Positions 26,571 to 35,492 of a stretch of 39,282 bases of DNA are shown here, piece after piece. The notes under the pieces are model-generated. The model saw nothing but the letters and a program-made list of their open reading frames with translations. It searched no databases and was not told the origin of the DNA. A program made the position numbers and the translations under genes. This stretch comes from an uncultured Christensenella sp. (GTDB lineage: Bacteria > Bacillota > Clostridia > Christensenellales > UBA1242), in NCBI GenBank assembly GCA_948471335.1, contig CAOKRZ010000001.1:1-39282 (forward strand), given 5' to 3'. Each line of letters opens with the position of its first letter. Position 1 is the first letter of the stretch.

Positions 26571-26599
26571 ATTGTATCATAAAAAATATGTTTTGTCAA
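26571..26599 (-). promoter_or_regulatory. Sigma-A promoter placed for a leaderless transcript of the 26166-26564 gene
   Basis: The minus strand reads TTGACA (26594-26599), a 17-nt spacer, TACAAT (26571-26576), 6 nt, then ATG (26564). Confidence 0.6.
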
Positions 26600-26608
26600 C
26601 TTTACAAA

Positions 26609-26761
26609 TTAAATATACAAAATCATTCCTTTTGAGATCATCTTTGGGGTTATGTTGTTTTCAATTAAGATATATGTTGGGTTGACGCCAAACTCTTTTG
26701 CGATTGACTCTAAGGTGTCACCATCTTTGACGTGATAGATTCGGTTTTTGATAAGCTTCAT
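26609..26761 (-). CDS. Small LysM-domain protein (50 aa; absent from the ORF track)
   Basis: The minus strand reads aaaggagaaattt-ATG. The translation is MKLIKNRIYHVKDGDTLESIAKEFGVNPTYILIENNITPKMISKGMILYI. The YxVKxGDTLxxIAxxFGV...L...N pattern is the LysM signature. Confidence 0.65.
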   Translation of the reverse strand: MKLIKNRIYHVKDGDTLESIAKEFGVNPTYILIENNITPKMISKGMILYI

Positions 26762-26829
26762 AAATTTCTCCTTTTTTTAATTGTATTATTTTGAATTTTT
26801 TTTAATACATATACTAACGAGGAGTTTCT

Positions 26830-28374
26830 ATGAAGTCACTTTTTAAGACGGTTGCGCTTATAACTTTTTTTTCAATTTTGACAAGAATTGCAGGGTTTTT
26901 CTTCCGCATATATCTTTCTCGTGTGATAGGTGCGGAAGCGCTTGGAATGTATCAAGTTGCCTCGTCAATTTTTATGGTGCTGCTCACTGTTGTTTCAAGC
27001 GGAATCCCTTTGATTATTTCACGAATGGGCGCGGCATTTCGTGCGAAAAAAGAAAGTAAGAAAGAAGCTTCTCTTACAGCAACAGCGCTTATATTTGCGC
27101 TTATAATCTCGTTGATTTTATGCCTTGTTGTTTTCTTATTTAGAAGTCTCTTTTCAAAACTTTTCACTGATCAGCGTTGTATGCAGATTTTGATCATCTT
27201 ATTGCCTTCGCTTGTCTTCTCTGCAGTCTATTCAGTTTTTCGCGGTGCGCTTTGGGGACAGGGGAATTATTTCGCACTTTGCGTGAGTGAGTTATTCGAG
27301 CAGGTTGTGCGCATCTTTGTTTGTGTGCTTATGATTGGCCCGGCAATGAGCGTGATTGACAATGCGCTTTCTGTTGGCTGGTCGCTTACCATTTCATGCA
27401 TTGCTTCAATGATCTTTGTTGTCCTTCTCTTTTTCATCTATGGTGGAAAACTTGCAAAGCCGTCTAAAAAGATTTTTAAGCCGCTTTTTAAGCAGTCAAC
27501 TCCAATCACAAGCATAAGAATTGCTGGATCATTTATTCAACCTATCATCGCACTTATCATCCCTGCAAGAATGATGGCAATTGGATACACAAGCTCACAA
27601 GCACTTTCACTTTATGGCATTGCAGTTGGGATGACTTTGCCTCTTCTTTTTGTGCCAACAACTGTTATTGGCTCACTTTCAACGGCGCTTATTCCTGACG
27701 TGTCGACAGCAGTTGCGCAAGGGAATAAACAACACATTGAAAATAGGGTGAGAACATCGATTGTTTTTGCGCTCTTTGTGTCAGCACTTTTTGTGCCTGT
27801 GTATATGGGTGTGGGTGAAACTGCAGGATTGTTTTTATACAACAATGCTCTAAGCGGCGCTTTTCTTGTCAGCGCTGCTTGGATCATGGTGCCAATGGGG
27901 ATTACAAACATAACTTCGGCGCTTTTAAACTCGCTTGGAATGGAGATCAAATCTTTCATAAACTATCTCATTGGCTCTGTCTTCATGTTCGTTGCGCTTT
28001 GGTTGCTGCCACCACTTGTTGGCATCAACTCGCTTGTTTATGGCATGGGAATAAGCTTTTTGGTCACTGCCATTTTAAACACAATCATGCTTAAAAGAAA
28101 GACAAAGCTTGAGCTTCATCTTCTTAAACCGATCCTTCTTCTTTCACTTTTGATCATTCCATGTGCGGCTCTCACCAGCTTTGTGACAAGTTTATGCGGA
28201 TATGTATTCCCTCAGTTTATCACTCTTTGCATTGGTGGAATTGTCGCTGTTGTCACATTCACACTTTTGTGCGGAGTGTTCAATCTGATTGATATTAAGT
28301 CCTTTATTATCACAACTTCAAAGCGTCTTAGTCTTGACAAATTTGCCTTGAAACTCAAAAAGAAGAAGTCATAA
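26830..28374 (+). CDS. MOP-superfamily flippase, SpoVB/MurJ(YabM)-like
   Basis: 514 aa with about 14 TM segments. The N-terminus LTRIAGFFFRIYLSRVIGAEALGMYQVASSIF resembles SpoVB/polysaccharide-biosynthesis flippases. The RBS is gaggag. Confidence 0.8.
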   Translation: MKSLFKTVALITFFSILTRIAGFFFRIYLSRVIGAEALGMYQVASSIFMVLLTVVSSGIPLIISRMGAAFRAKKESKKEASLTATALIFALIISLILCLVVFLFRSLFSKLFTDQRCMQILIILLPSLVFSAVYSVFRGALWGQGNYFALCVSELFEQVVRIFVCVLMIGPAMSVIDNALSVGWSLTISCIASMIFVVLLFFIYGGKLAKPSKKIFKPLFKQSTPITSIRIAGSFIQPIIALIIPARMMAIGYTSSQALSLYGIAVGMTLPLLFVPTTVIGSLSTALIPDVSTAVAQGNKQHIENRVRTSIVFALFVSALFVPVYMGVGETAGLFLYNNALSGAFLVSAAWIMVPMGITNITSALLNSLGMEIKSFINYLIGSVFMFVALWLLPPLVGINSLVYGMGISFLVTAILNTIMLKRKTKLELHLLKPILLLSLLIIPCAALTSFVTSLCGYVFPQFITLCIGGIVAVVTFTLLCGVFNLIDIKSFIITTSKRLSLDKFALKLKKKKS

Positions 28375-28406
28375 ATATTTTTGCTTAATTGCAGCATAAT
28401 AGATCT

Positions 28407-29117
28407 ATGCTTACAATAATTCTTCGTTCAATTATTATCTATCTTATTGTGCTTTTGGTGTTCAGACTTATGGGCAAGCGTCAACTTGGACAGATGCAAC
28501 CATTTGAGCTTGTTTTGACTCTTATTATTGCAGACCTTGCCACAATCCCAATGGCTGAAGTTTCAGTGCCTGTTTTGCATGGGATTATTCCGCTTTTGAC
28601 ACTTGTTGTTCTTCACTTTGTTTTGACTTTGCTGACAAAGACAAGCACATTTTTAAGCAAGGTGGTCAGCGGCAAACCTGTGATCATAATAAATCCAAAA
28701 GGGATTGACTATAAAGCGATGAAAAACCTTAATCTCTCAACTGATGACCTTTTTGGGGCTTTGCGCGAATGTGGATATTTTTCCATCGATCAAGTGCAAT
28801 ATGCCATAATGGAAACAAATGGCAAGGTAAGCATTATGCCAAAAGCAGAGTCGGCTCCAGCAACAAATGGCGACTTAAAACTTAAAGTGGATGAAAGCTT
28901 CTTGCCGATAACTCTTGTCAGCGAAGGGAAGATCATGAATGAGAACATGGCGCTTGCTGGAGTTGACAAGGAAAAGATTGAAAAAATCGTCAAGTCTCAA
29001 GGTGGAAGTAAAATTAAAGATGTTCTGCTTCTCACAATTGACAAAACTGGCTCAAGTTATATTCAGCTTATGAAAGGGGAAGGAAAAAGCTTTTCTCTAA
29101 GTGAGGTGAAAGCATGA
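28407..29117 (+). CDS. DUF421 (YetF/YdfS-like) membrane protein
   Basis: I take the start at ATG 28407. The motif FRLMGKRQLGQMQPFELVLTLIIADLA is the typical DUF421 N-terminus. Confidence 0.75.
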   Translation: MLTIILRSIIIYLIVLLVFRLMGKRQLGQMQPFELVLTLIIADLATIPMAEVSVPVLHGIIPLLTLVVLHFVLTLLTKTSTFLSKVVSGKPVIIINPKGIDYKAMKNLNLSTDDLFGALRECGYFSIDQVQYAIMETNGKVSIMPKAESAPATNGDLKLKVDESFLPITLVSEGKIMNENMALAGVDKEKIEKIVKSQGGSKIKDVLLLTIDKTGSSYIQLMKGEGKSFSLSEVKA

Positions 29118-29509
29118 AAATCTTTCACTATTTAAACTTTGCAATCATAATCCTATTTCTCATTGCCATTTGTATTTTGGAAGAGGTTATGGTCTCGTCT
29201 TCACTTCGGCAAACTCAAAAAGATTGCTTTATGATTGATGCCAGCGTTGAAAGGCTTGAAAGCGTGAAAAATATGGAAGTGGCGTTGATGGTTGATAACC
29301 TTGAATATGACTGGAAAAAGAATGAGTCCAATATGTGCTATCTTGTCAACCATAAAAGCATTCAAGAAATAGGGCAGGAAATTGCCAAACTTAAACTTTA
29401 CATTGCAAGCGATGATGTTGATAACTTTAAAGTCAGCATTGAGGTGATAAAATTTTATTGTCACAGCTATTTGCATTTTATGGGGGCAAATATCCATAAT
29501 GTGCTCTAA
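29114..29509 (+). CDS. DUF4363-like small membrane-anchored protein
   Basis: 131 aa, with an ATGA overlap onto the DUF421 gene and an N-terminal TM helix. The size, pairing and helical body match the DUF4363 partners of DUF421 genes in Clostridia. This assignment is from memory only. Confidence 0.55.
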   Translation: MKIFHYLNFAIIILFLIAICILEEVMVSSSLRQTQKDCFMIDASVERLESVKNMEVALMVDNLEYDWKKNESNMCYLVNHKSIQEIGQEIAKLKLYIASDDVDNFKVSIEVIKFYCHSYLHFMGANIHNVL

Positions 29510-29526
29510 AAAATATTAGGGAAAAT

Positions 29527-29558
29527 AAAAAACATGGTTTATTCTTGCCATGTTTTTT
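29527..29558. terminator. Bidirectional terminator between convergent genes
   Basis: Stem aacatgg (29531-29537) / ccatgtt (29548-29554), with an A-run before and a T-run after. Confidence 0.7.
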
Positions 29559-29594
29559 AAATTTGTTTTCCTCTATTAGAGGCGCATAATGCAC

Positions 29595-30710
29595 CTACCA
29601 AACTTTTTCTTTTTTCTTTGTTACCACAATAACGATTACCACGATGATTATAAGAAGAGCAACTGCAGCAAGAATCCACCAAAGGATAGTTGAAGGTGCA
29701 AGTCTGTTTCCTGTTGAAACTTCAAGAACGTTGCTTTGTTTTACTTGGTCAACGGTTGCTTTGTGAGGGGTGTAAACGCAATAAACTTCCCACTTTCCTG
29801 CAAGCTTGTTGCTGTCAAAATAAAATGAAGTTCCTGTGCGTTCAACTGTTGGGTGAATGAAGTTTGGATATTCGTCATTTATATCTTCTTGAGTAAGAAC
29901 ATATTTCTTGCCATCAGTTGTGATGCCTTGAACAAACCATTTGATTGTGTTGATGTCAATATAATCAATGTTGTCATTTGTCAAGAAACAGTTGAATGCG
30001 TTGATAAGACCTGTTTGAGATGATGCATATTTTTTGTCAATTGTTGGTGCACCTTGAAGAGTGCTTGGCTCAAGTGAGAAGAAAGCTGATGAGAATGTCT
30101 GGCTTTGTGTGCCGACGCTGAAGACAATTGAAAAACGATAAATTCCCCAGCCGAAGCATTCTTTTTGAGTTGTTACAGGAGAACCAGAGTTGATATCAAA
30201 AGTTCTGTTCTCTTCGTTTTGTGCATTGATTCGATCTTTAAGTGAAGCGACTGAATATTCAACATCTTGAATTAAACTTACATCTGCTGTTGAAGAAGTC
30301 ATGTCAGTGATTGACTGAATCTTTGAATTTGCTTCAAATGTTGCATTTGCTTCTTCCATAGCGTCAGTGTATTCATTGACATACTCAATTCTGATGCTGT
30401 ATCTATATTTTCCATCATCACCTTTCCAGGTTTCAGGAATGTCACTTAGATTGAATGAAACTTTAAACTTGTTAACTGCCGACCAATTGAAAGCATACAG
30501 GTCGCTGCGTCTGTTGTCAATTGTGAGGTTGTATGAACCAGTGTTAGGCAAACTTTGTCCATTTGAATTTAGGGCAGTGACTGCAACAGATGAAGATGTG
30601 TTCTCTTCTGCAGCATTCACAGCTACTGGTGCAGAAACAAAGAGTGAAAGGCAAAGAACCAGCACTCCAAAAATTGCGAAAACGAAACTTGAAAACTTAA
30701 GTGATTTCAT
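29595..30710 (-). CDS. Hypothetical secreted protein with C-terminal transmembrane anchor
   Basis: 371 aa with a signal peptide (FVFAIFGVLVLCLSLFVSAPVAVNA-AE). The C-terminal TM segment ILWWILAAVALLIIIVVIVIVV is followed by KKKEK. There is no LPXTG motif. The RBS is aaggag. Confidence 0.6.
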   Translation of the reverse strand: MKSLKFSSFVFAIFGVLVLCLSLFVSAPVAVNAAEENTSSSVAVTALNSNGQSLPNTGSYNLTIDNRRSDLYAFNWSAVNKFKVSFNLSDIPETWKGDDGKYRYSIRIEYVNEYTDAMEEANATFEANSKIQSITDMTSSTADVSLIQDVEYSVASLKDRINAQNEENRTFDINSGSPVTTQKECFGWGIYRFSIVFSVGTQSQTFSSAFFSLEPSTLQGAPTIDKKYASSQTGLINAFNCFLTNDNIDYIDINTIKWFVQGITTDGKKYVLTQEDINDEYPNFIHPTVERTGTSFYFDSNKLAGKWEVYCVYTPHKATVDQVKQSNVLEVSTGNRLAPSTILWWILAAVALLIIIVVIVIVVTKKKEKVW

Positions 30711-30850
30711 AATTTTCTCCTTACTACATGATATTGTACCATAAATGGCGGAAAACTAAAAATAATTTCAGCAAAATTCGCCAGTTTTTTGTTTTGTTTG
30801 TATGCTTTTTTTGAAAAGTTATCAAATTTTTCAGCAGACTTATTAAATTG

Positions 30851-30879
30851 TTGACAAAAAAATTGCAAATATATATAAT
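30851..30879 (+). promoter_or_regulatory. Perfect consensus sigma-A promoter placed for a leaderless transcript
   Basis: TTGACA (30851-30856), a 17-nt spacer, TATAAT (30874-30879), 6 nt (ttttac), then ATG 30886. Confidence 0.7.
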
Positions 30880-30885
30880 TTTTAC

Positions 30886-31749
30886 ATGGAAAAAGAGGAA
30901 ATTGAATTAGTTATTGCAAAAAATCAAATAGCAATTGATTTTGACGCGCTTGATAATGTGGAAGAAGAGGAAAGCTCAGTTTTGCCACAAAGCATTGTAA
31001 GTGCACAAAACTTTGATTGGATCAAAGATGAAGTGCTTTTTGTCGGAGTGAAAACTTCTCACATGCTTGGCAATGTAAATATTGCAAATATTGATCTTTG
31101 AGGCAAAAGTTGTCTTGAATGGCTTATGCTTGCTTCAAGTGGCTGTGAAAGCGTGATTATAAATCAGCCAGAAGGTGATATTGTCAGCACAGTGAAAAAT
31201 CTTAAAACTGAGAAAAAATTTATTGCAGTGTTTTACAGCGATACGCCGCTTGTTGACCGTGCCATATTTTATAGGGTTATGGATTATTTCTCAAAAGCAG
31301 GACTCAATGCAATGGCGCTTCCAAGAGGCTATGTTTTCAGACGTGATTTCCTTTTTGCAATTGAAAATTTCAATTCGCCTTGTCTTAACCGCTTTGATGA
31401 AAAGGCTTTCACCATTGTTGATTCTGCGAAAGCATTGTCAGAAGCTGCAAACTATCTTTATAACAAAATAAGAGACTATCACATCAAAAACGGCGTTGTG
31501 CTTTTTGGCGAACAGACAATTTTTATTGACGGAGACGTTGAGATTGGTCAAGGCACTGTTATCTATCCAAACAATGTTATAAAAGGGCAGACTGTGATTG
31601 GCAAGAGCGTTATTCTTGACAGTGGAAACATTATCGAAGATTCAATCATTTCAGATGATGCTTACATCAGTGATTCATTTATTGATAAAAGCAAGATTGG
31701 ACTTGGAAAAAGTTTAACTGGTGAAAATGTTGTCAATCAAGTTATATAA
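30886..31749 (+). pseudogene. Degenerate, truncated GlmU-like protein (nucleotidyltransferase-like N-domain plus short left-handed beta-helix) with in-frame TGA at 31099-31101
   Basis: The 71-aa and 207-aa ORFs are in the same frame, separated by a single TGA. The junction DL-TGA-GKSCLEWLM matches the L.GKPMLEW/HV segment of sugar nucleotidyltransferases. Hexapeptide repeats are visible (IDGDVEIGQGTVIYPNNVIKGQTVIGKSVILDSGNIIEDSII). It sits at the glmU position upstream of pth-mfd. It lacks the LAAGKGTRM signature and the C-terminal acetyltransferase part. The second ORF has no SD. Confidence 0.5.
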
Positions 31750-31760
31750 AGGTGACGAAA

Positions 31761-32264
31761 ATGGTTATAGTTGTTGGGCTTGGAAATAAGGGCAAAGAAT
31801 ATGACTGGACTTATCACAATATTGGTTTTATGGTTGCTGACAAAGTTGCGGAAAAATTGGGCGTGACTTTCGGCAAAGAAAAAAACAAAGCCTATTTTTG
31901 TGAAGGCTTTTATAACGGAGAAAAAGTGCTTATCTTAAAGCCTACAACCTATATGAATTTAAGCGGCGAAGCTGTGGCACTTTACAAAAGAAAAAACAAA
32001 GACGCACGCATTATTGTCGCGGTTGACGACATTGATTTGCCTGCGGGAAAAATTCGCTATCGAGAAAAGGGAAGCGCTGGCACGCACAACGGGCTTCGCT
32101 CAATTGTTGCAAATATTGGGGAAGAATTTGAAAGAGTTAAAGTTGGCGTCGGCAGAGACGAGTCTTTAGACCTTGCGACATTTGTGCTTTCAAAAATCAA
32201 AGATAAAAAACTTTTTGAGAAGGCAACAGACGAAGCTGCCGATATGATTTTGGAGAAGATTTGA
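31761..32264 (+). CDS. pth: Peptidyl-tRNA hydrolase
   Basis: The motif VGLGNKGKEYDWTYHNIGF is present. I take the start at ATG 31761, 6 nt after aaggtga. An alternative GTG start lies at 31752. Confidence 0.9.
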   Translation: MVIVVGLGNKGKEYDWTYHNIGFMVADKVAEKLGVTFGKEKNKAYFCEGFYNGEKVLILKPTTYMNLSGEAVALYKRKNKDARIIVAVDDIDLPAGKIRYREKGSAGTHNGLRSIVANIGEEFERVKVGVGRDESLDLATFVLSKIKDKKLFEKATDEAADMILEKI

Positions 32265-35200
32265 ACAAGATTTCAAAACGCCTTGAGAGGATTTTGTCAT
32301 TCAGTCACATCTCAGGGCTTGGTGAGGGAGAAAAAGTTATCTTAAGCGCGCAACTCGAGCACGCGGTTTTTTTGTGCCCTGATTTTGTTTCTGCGGGGAA
32401 ATATAAAAGAGGGATTGAGTCGCTTGGCAAAACTTGCCAAATCATCACTTCTTCAAGAGAAGGAAAAAATGGAGATGACAAAAATATCCTTCCATTTGTA
32501 AGCGGCGTGACAGCTTTCTTAAGCGGTCAGTGCAATGTGCTTATCGTACTTCCATGCTCAGCGCTTTTGAAATTTGATATTGAAGGATTTTTAAATCCGC
32601 TTAAGCTTACAAAAGGCAAAGAATATAATATTGAAAATCTGACTTGTTCATTCACGAAGCTTGGCTATGAGCGCGTTGATCTTGTGTCAAATGCTGGGCA
32701 ATTTGCACTCCGCGGAGATATCCTCGACGTCTTTCCAATCAATGAAGAGTCGCCAATAAGATTTGAGTTTTTTGATGAACTTATTGAAAAAATATCCTTT
32801 TTTGACCTTCAAACCATGAAAAATCAAGGAAATCTTGAATATTTTTCATTTTTTCCTTGCACTTTGCCATATGGCGAGGATGATGTTTTTTCACTTGGTG
32901 GATATAGAATCATCGATCAGCCAAAAAGAATCAATGACGAATTTGACCTTCTTCTTAAAAGCTATAAAGCGCTTTCTGACTTTGACGAAAACGAATATTC
33001 AAACCTTGAAGGTTATCTCAATCAGGCTGACATAATTTTTGATAACAGTGGCAGAATGTACGGCGCAAGCGACAGCACATATATCAATGAGACGGTTGGC
33101 ACAAGAAGCTATCTGACAGATTTTATGGCACTTAAAAATGATGTGCTGTCTTTTCTGAATATGAATTGTGCAGTCGTGCTTTTTGGCGGCAATGAAAAGA
33201 ACAAAGAAAGACTCATTTCCTTTTTGCATGAAAATGCCATAAGATTTTATGACTTTGAAAAAGACGCATTTGAAACCGGAAAAGTTTTTGTTTCTCGTCT
33301 TGCATTTCCATACAGCTTTTCTTTCTTGAAAGAAAGGATCATTGCAATTGGCTGTGACAGCATTTTCAAGCAAAATATAACCAAGTTTTCAAAAGGAACA
33401 CATTCGGTATTTTATCTGCCAAAACTTAACGACTATGTCGTTCACTCTTTCCACGGGATTGGAAAATGCACCGACATCAAGCGCATGAAAATTGGAGACT
33501 ACGAAAAAGACTATTTCGTTATTGAATATAAAAATGGTGGAATTCTTTATCTTCCAAGTGAAGAGGCAAACACAATCTCAGCTTACATTGGTGGGGAAGA
33601 AAGCCCAAAACTCTCTTCGCTTGGCGGGGCAGAATTTACAAGACTTAAAAACAAAGTTAAGTCTTCTTTAAAAGAGATGGCGATATCTCTTACTGAAGTT
33701 TATCGTGAGCGTCAAAAAAGCAAAAGTTTTGCATTCAGACGAGATGACTATCTTGAAAAACAATTCGCCGACGCGTTTGGCTATCAAGAAACAGAAGATC
33801 AGCTTAAGGCAATCTATGACATCGACAAAGACATGCAAAGCGATAAGATTATGGACAGGCTTATCTGCGGCGATGTAGGCTATGGAAAAACTGAAGTGGC
33901 GCTTAGGGCTTGTTTTAAGTGTGCTTACAATGGAAAACAAGTTTGCCTTCTTTGTCCAACAACAATTCTTTCCGAGCAGCATTATAAAACAGCGAAAGCA
34001 AGGCTTGAAAGCTTTGGAATAACTGTTGAAGTTCTCAATCGTTTCAAAACGGTGGCAGAGGCGAAAGTAATTCTTGAAAAACTTAAAGATGGCAAGATTG
34101 ACATGATCATTGGCACTCATAGATTGCTTGGCAAAGATGTGATTTTCAAAGACCTTGGGCTTTTGGTGCTTGATGAAGAGCAGCGCTTTGGCGTTGAAGA
34201 TAAAGAAAAGATCAAAAACAGCAAACGCAACATTGACGTGTTGTCTTTGTCAGCGACTCCAATTCCAAGGACGCTTAACATGTCGCTTTCTGGCATTAGG
34301 GATATTTCAATTATTGAGACTCCGCCAAAAGAGCGTCTTCCAATTCAAACCTATGTGGCTGAGCAGTCTGACGAACTAATCAAAGACGTGCTTTCGCGTG
34401 AGCTTGCACGTGGAGGACAGGCGTTCGTGATATATAATCGCGTGGAAGACATTGAAGAGTTTGCTGCATATATTCGTCGTCTTGTTCCAGACTCAAAAGT
34501 TGGAGTGGCGCATGGGCAAATGAATGAGAAAACTCTTGAAAGCGTGATTTCAAGAATGTTTAACGGTGAGTATAACATCATTGTTTCGACAACGCTGATT
34601 GAAAATGGGATTGACCTTCCTTCTGCAAACACAATGGTGGTTATAGATTCTGATAAACTTGGACTTGGTCAGTTATATCAAATCAGAGGCAGAATTGGTC
34701 GAAGTGACAGGCTCAGCTATGCATACCTTACTTATGTTAAAGACAAAATCCTTACGCCTGAGGCGTACAAACGCCTTGAAGCAATCAAAGAGTTCAGCCA
34801 GCTTGGAAGCGGGTTTAAGATTGCAATGCGAGATCTTGAAATACGCGGCGCAGGAAACATCTTTGGCAAAGAACAACATGGACATATTGCTAAAGTTGGT
34901 TACGATATGTTTGTCAAACTGCTTGATGAGGCAACAAAAGAAATTCAAGGAGAAAAGATTGAAGAGAAGTCAAGCGTGAAACTTGAAGTGACAATTGATG
35001 CTTATATAAGCGAAAACTATATCTCTTCAAGTGACGAGCGAATTGTGTTCTATACAAAGATAAGTGAAATAAAAACGCTTGAAGAGCGAGATGACATTTT
35101 AAGAAGCCTTCTTGACGGCTTTGGAGAAGTGCCTTCAGAGGTTGAAAACCTTTGCCTTCTTGCGCTGATAAAAAATCTTGCGCCTATTTTTGGAATAACG

Positions 35201-35407
35201 AGAGTGCAGATAAGCTCTTCAAAATGCTCTTTAACGCTTGAGAAACGCGAAGACATCATTGATCCAAAACTTGCAAAAGCCATGAATGAGTTTGGCGGAA
35301 AACTTGCGTTTGACAGCCTTGCGAAAATAAACTTTGAAAAGATTATGTCAGTGAAAGATAAGCTTAAAAACATTGTTTCGATGCTTTTATCAGCAAAAAA
35401 TGGATAA
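32261..35407 (+). CDS. mfd: Transcription-repair coupling factor Mfd
   Basis: 1048 aa. The TTG start overlaps the pth stop. It has the RNAP-interacting region (DYVVHSFHGIGK), helicase motifs GDVGYGKTEVA, DEEQRFG and GRIGRS, and a TRG-like region. Confidence 0.95.
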   Translation: MNKISKRLERILSFSHISGLGEGEKVILSAQLEHAVFLCPDFVSAGKYKRGIESLGKTCQIITSSREGKNGDDKNILPFVSGVTAFLSGQCNVLIVLPCSALLKFDIEGFLNPLKLTKGKEYNIENLTCSFTKLGYERVDLVSNAGQFALRGDILDVFPINEESPIRFEFFDELIEKISFFDLQTMKNQGNLEYFSFFPCTLPYGEDDVFSLGGYRIIDQPKRINDEFDLLLKSYKALSDFDENEYSNLEGYLNQADIIFDNSGRMYGASDSTYINETVGTRSYLTDFMALKNDVLSFLNMNCAVVLFGGNEKNKERLISFLHENAIRFYDFEKDAFETGKVFVSRLAFPYSFSFLKERIIAIGCDSIFKQNITKFSKGTHSVFYLPKLNDYVVHSFHGIGKCTDIKRMKIGDYEKDYFVIEYKNGGILYLPSEEANTISAYIGGEESPKLSSLGGAEFTRLKNKVKSSLKEMAISLTEVYRERQKSKSFAFRRDDYLEKQFADAFGYQETEDQLKAIYDIDKDMQSDKIMDRLICGDVGYGKTEVALRACFKCAYNGKQVCLLCPTTILSEQHYKTAKARLESFGITVEVLNRFKTVAEAKVILEKLKDGKIDMIIGTHRLLGKDVIFKDLGLLVLDEEQRFGVEDKEKIKNSKRNIDVLSLSATPIPRTLNMSLSGIRDISIIETPPKERLPIQTYVAEQSDELIKDVLSRELARGGQAFVIYNRVEDIEEFAAYIRRLVPDSKVGVAHGQMNEKTLESVISRMFNGEYNIIVSTTLIENGIDLPSANTMVVIDSDKLGLGQLYQIRGRIGRSDRLSYAYLTYVKDKILTPEAYKRLEAIKEFSQLGSGFKIAMRDLEIRGAGNIFGKEQHGHIAKVGYDMFVKLLDEATKEIQGEKIEEKSSVKLEVTIDAYISENYISSSDERIVFYTKISEIKTLEERDDILRSLLDGFGEVPSEVENLCLLALIKNLAPIFGITRVQISSSKCSLTLEKREDIIDPKLAKAMNEFGGKLAFDSLAKINFEKIMSVKDKLKNIVSMLLSAKNG

Positions 35408-35433
35408 GTTTTTGTGATAACACTTAAAAACGC

Positions 35434-35463
35434 TTGAAATTTTTGTTTTAATTGTATTATAAT
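35434..35463 (+). promoter_or_regulatory. Candidate sigma-A promoter of the PrsA-like gene
   Basis: TTGAAA (35434-35439), an 18-nt spacer, then TATAAT (35458-35463). Confidence 0.5.
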
Positions 35464-35492
35464 TGACTATAATCGAGAATAATGGAGAGAAA

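Noticed and set aside
31099-31139. Selenocysteine or reassigned-TGA decoding of the in-frame TGA in the GlmU-like gene. An inverted repeat cttgaa/ttcaag lies 13 nt downstream, and a Cys lies four residues after the TGA.
   Set aside because: The repeat is only 6 bp with a 14-nt loop, unlike a bacterial SECIS. The context is not a redox motif. TGA terminates normal genes here (gerAA, pth, DUF421). Long genes contain no other in-frame TGA, which rules out code 4 or 25.
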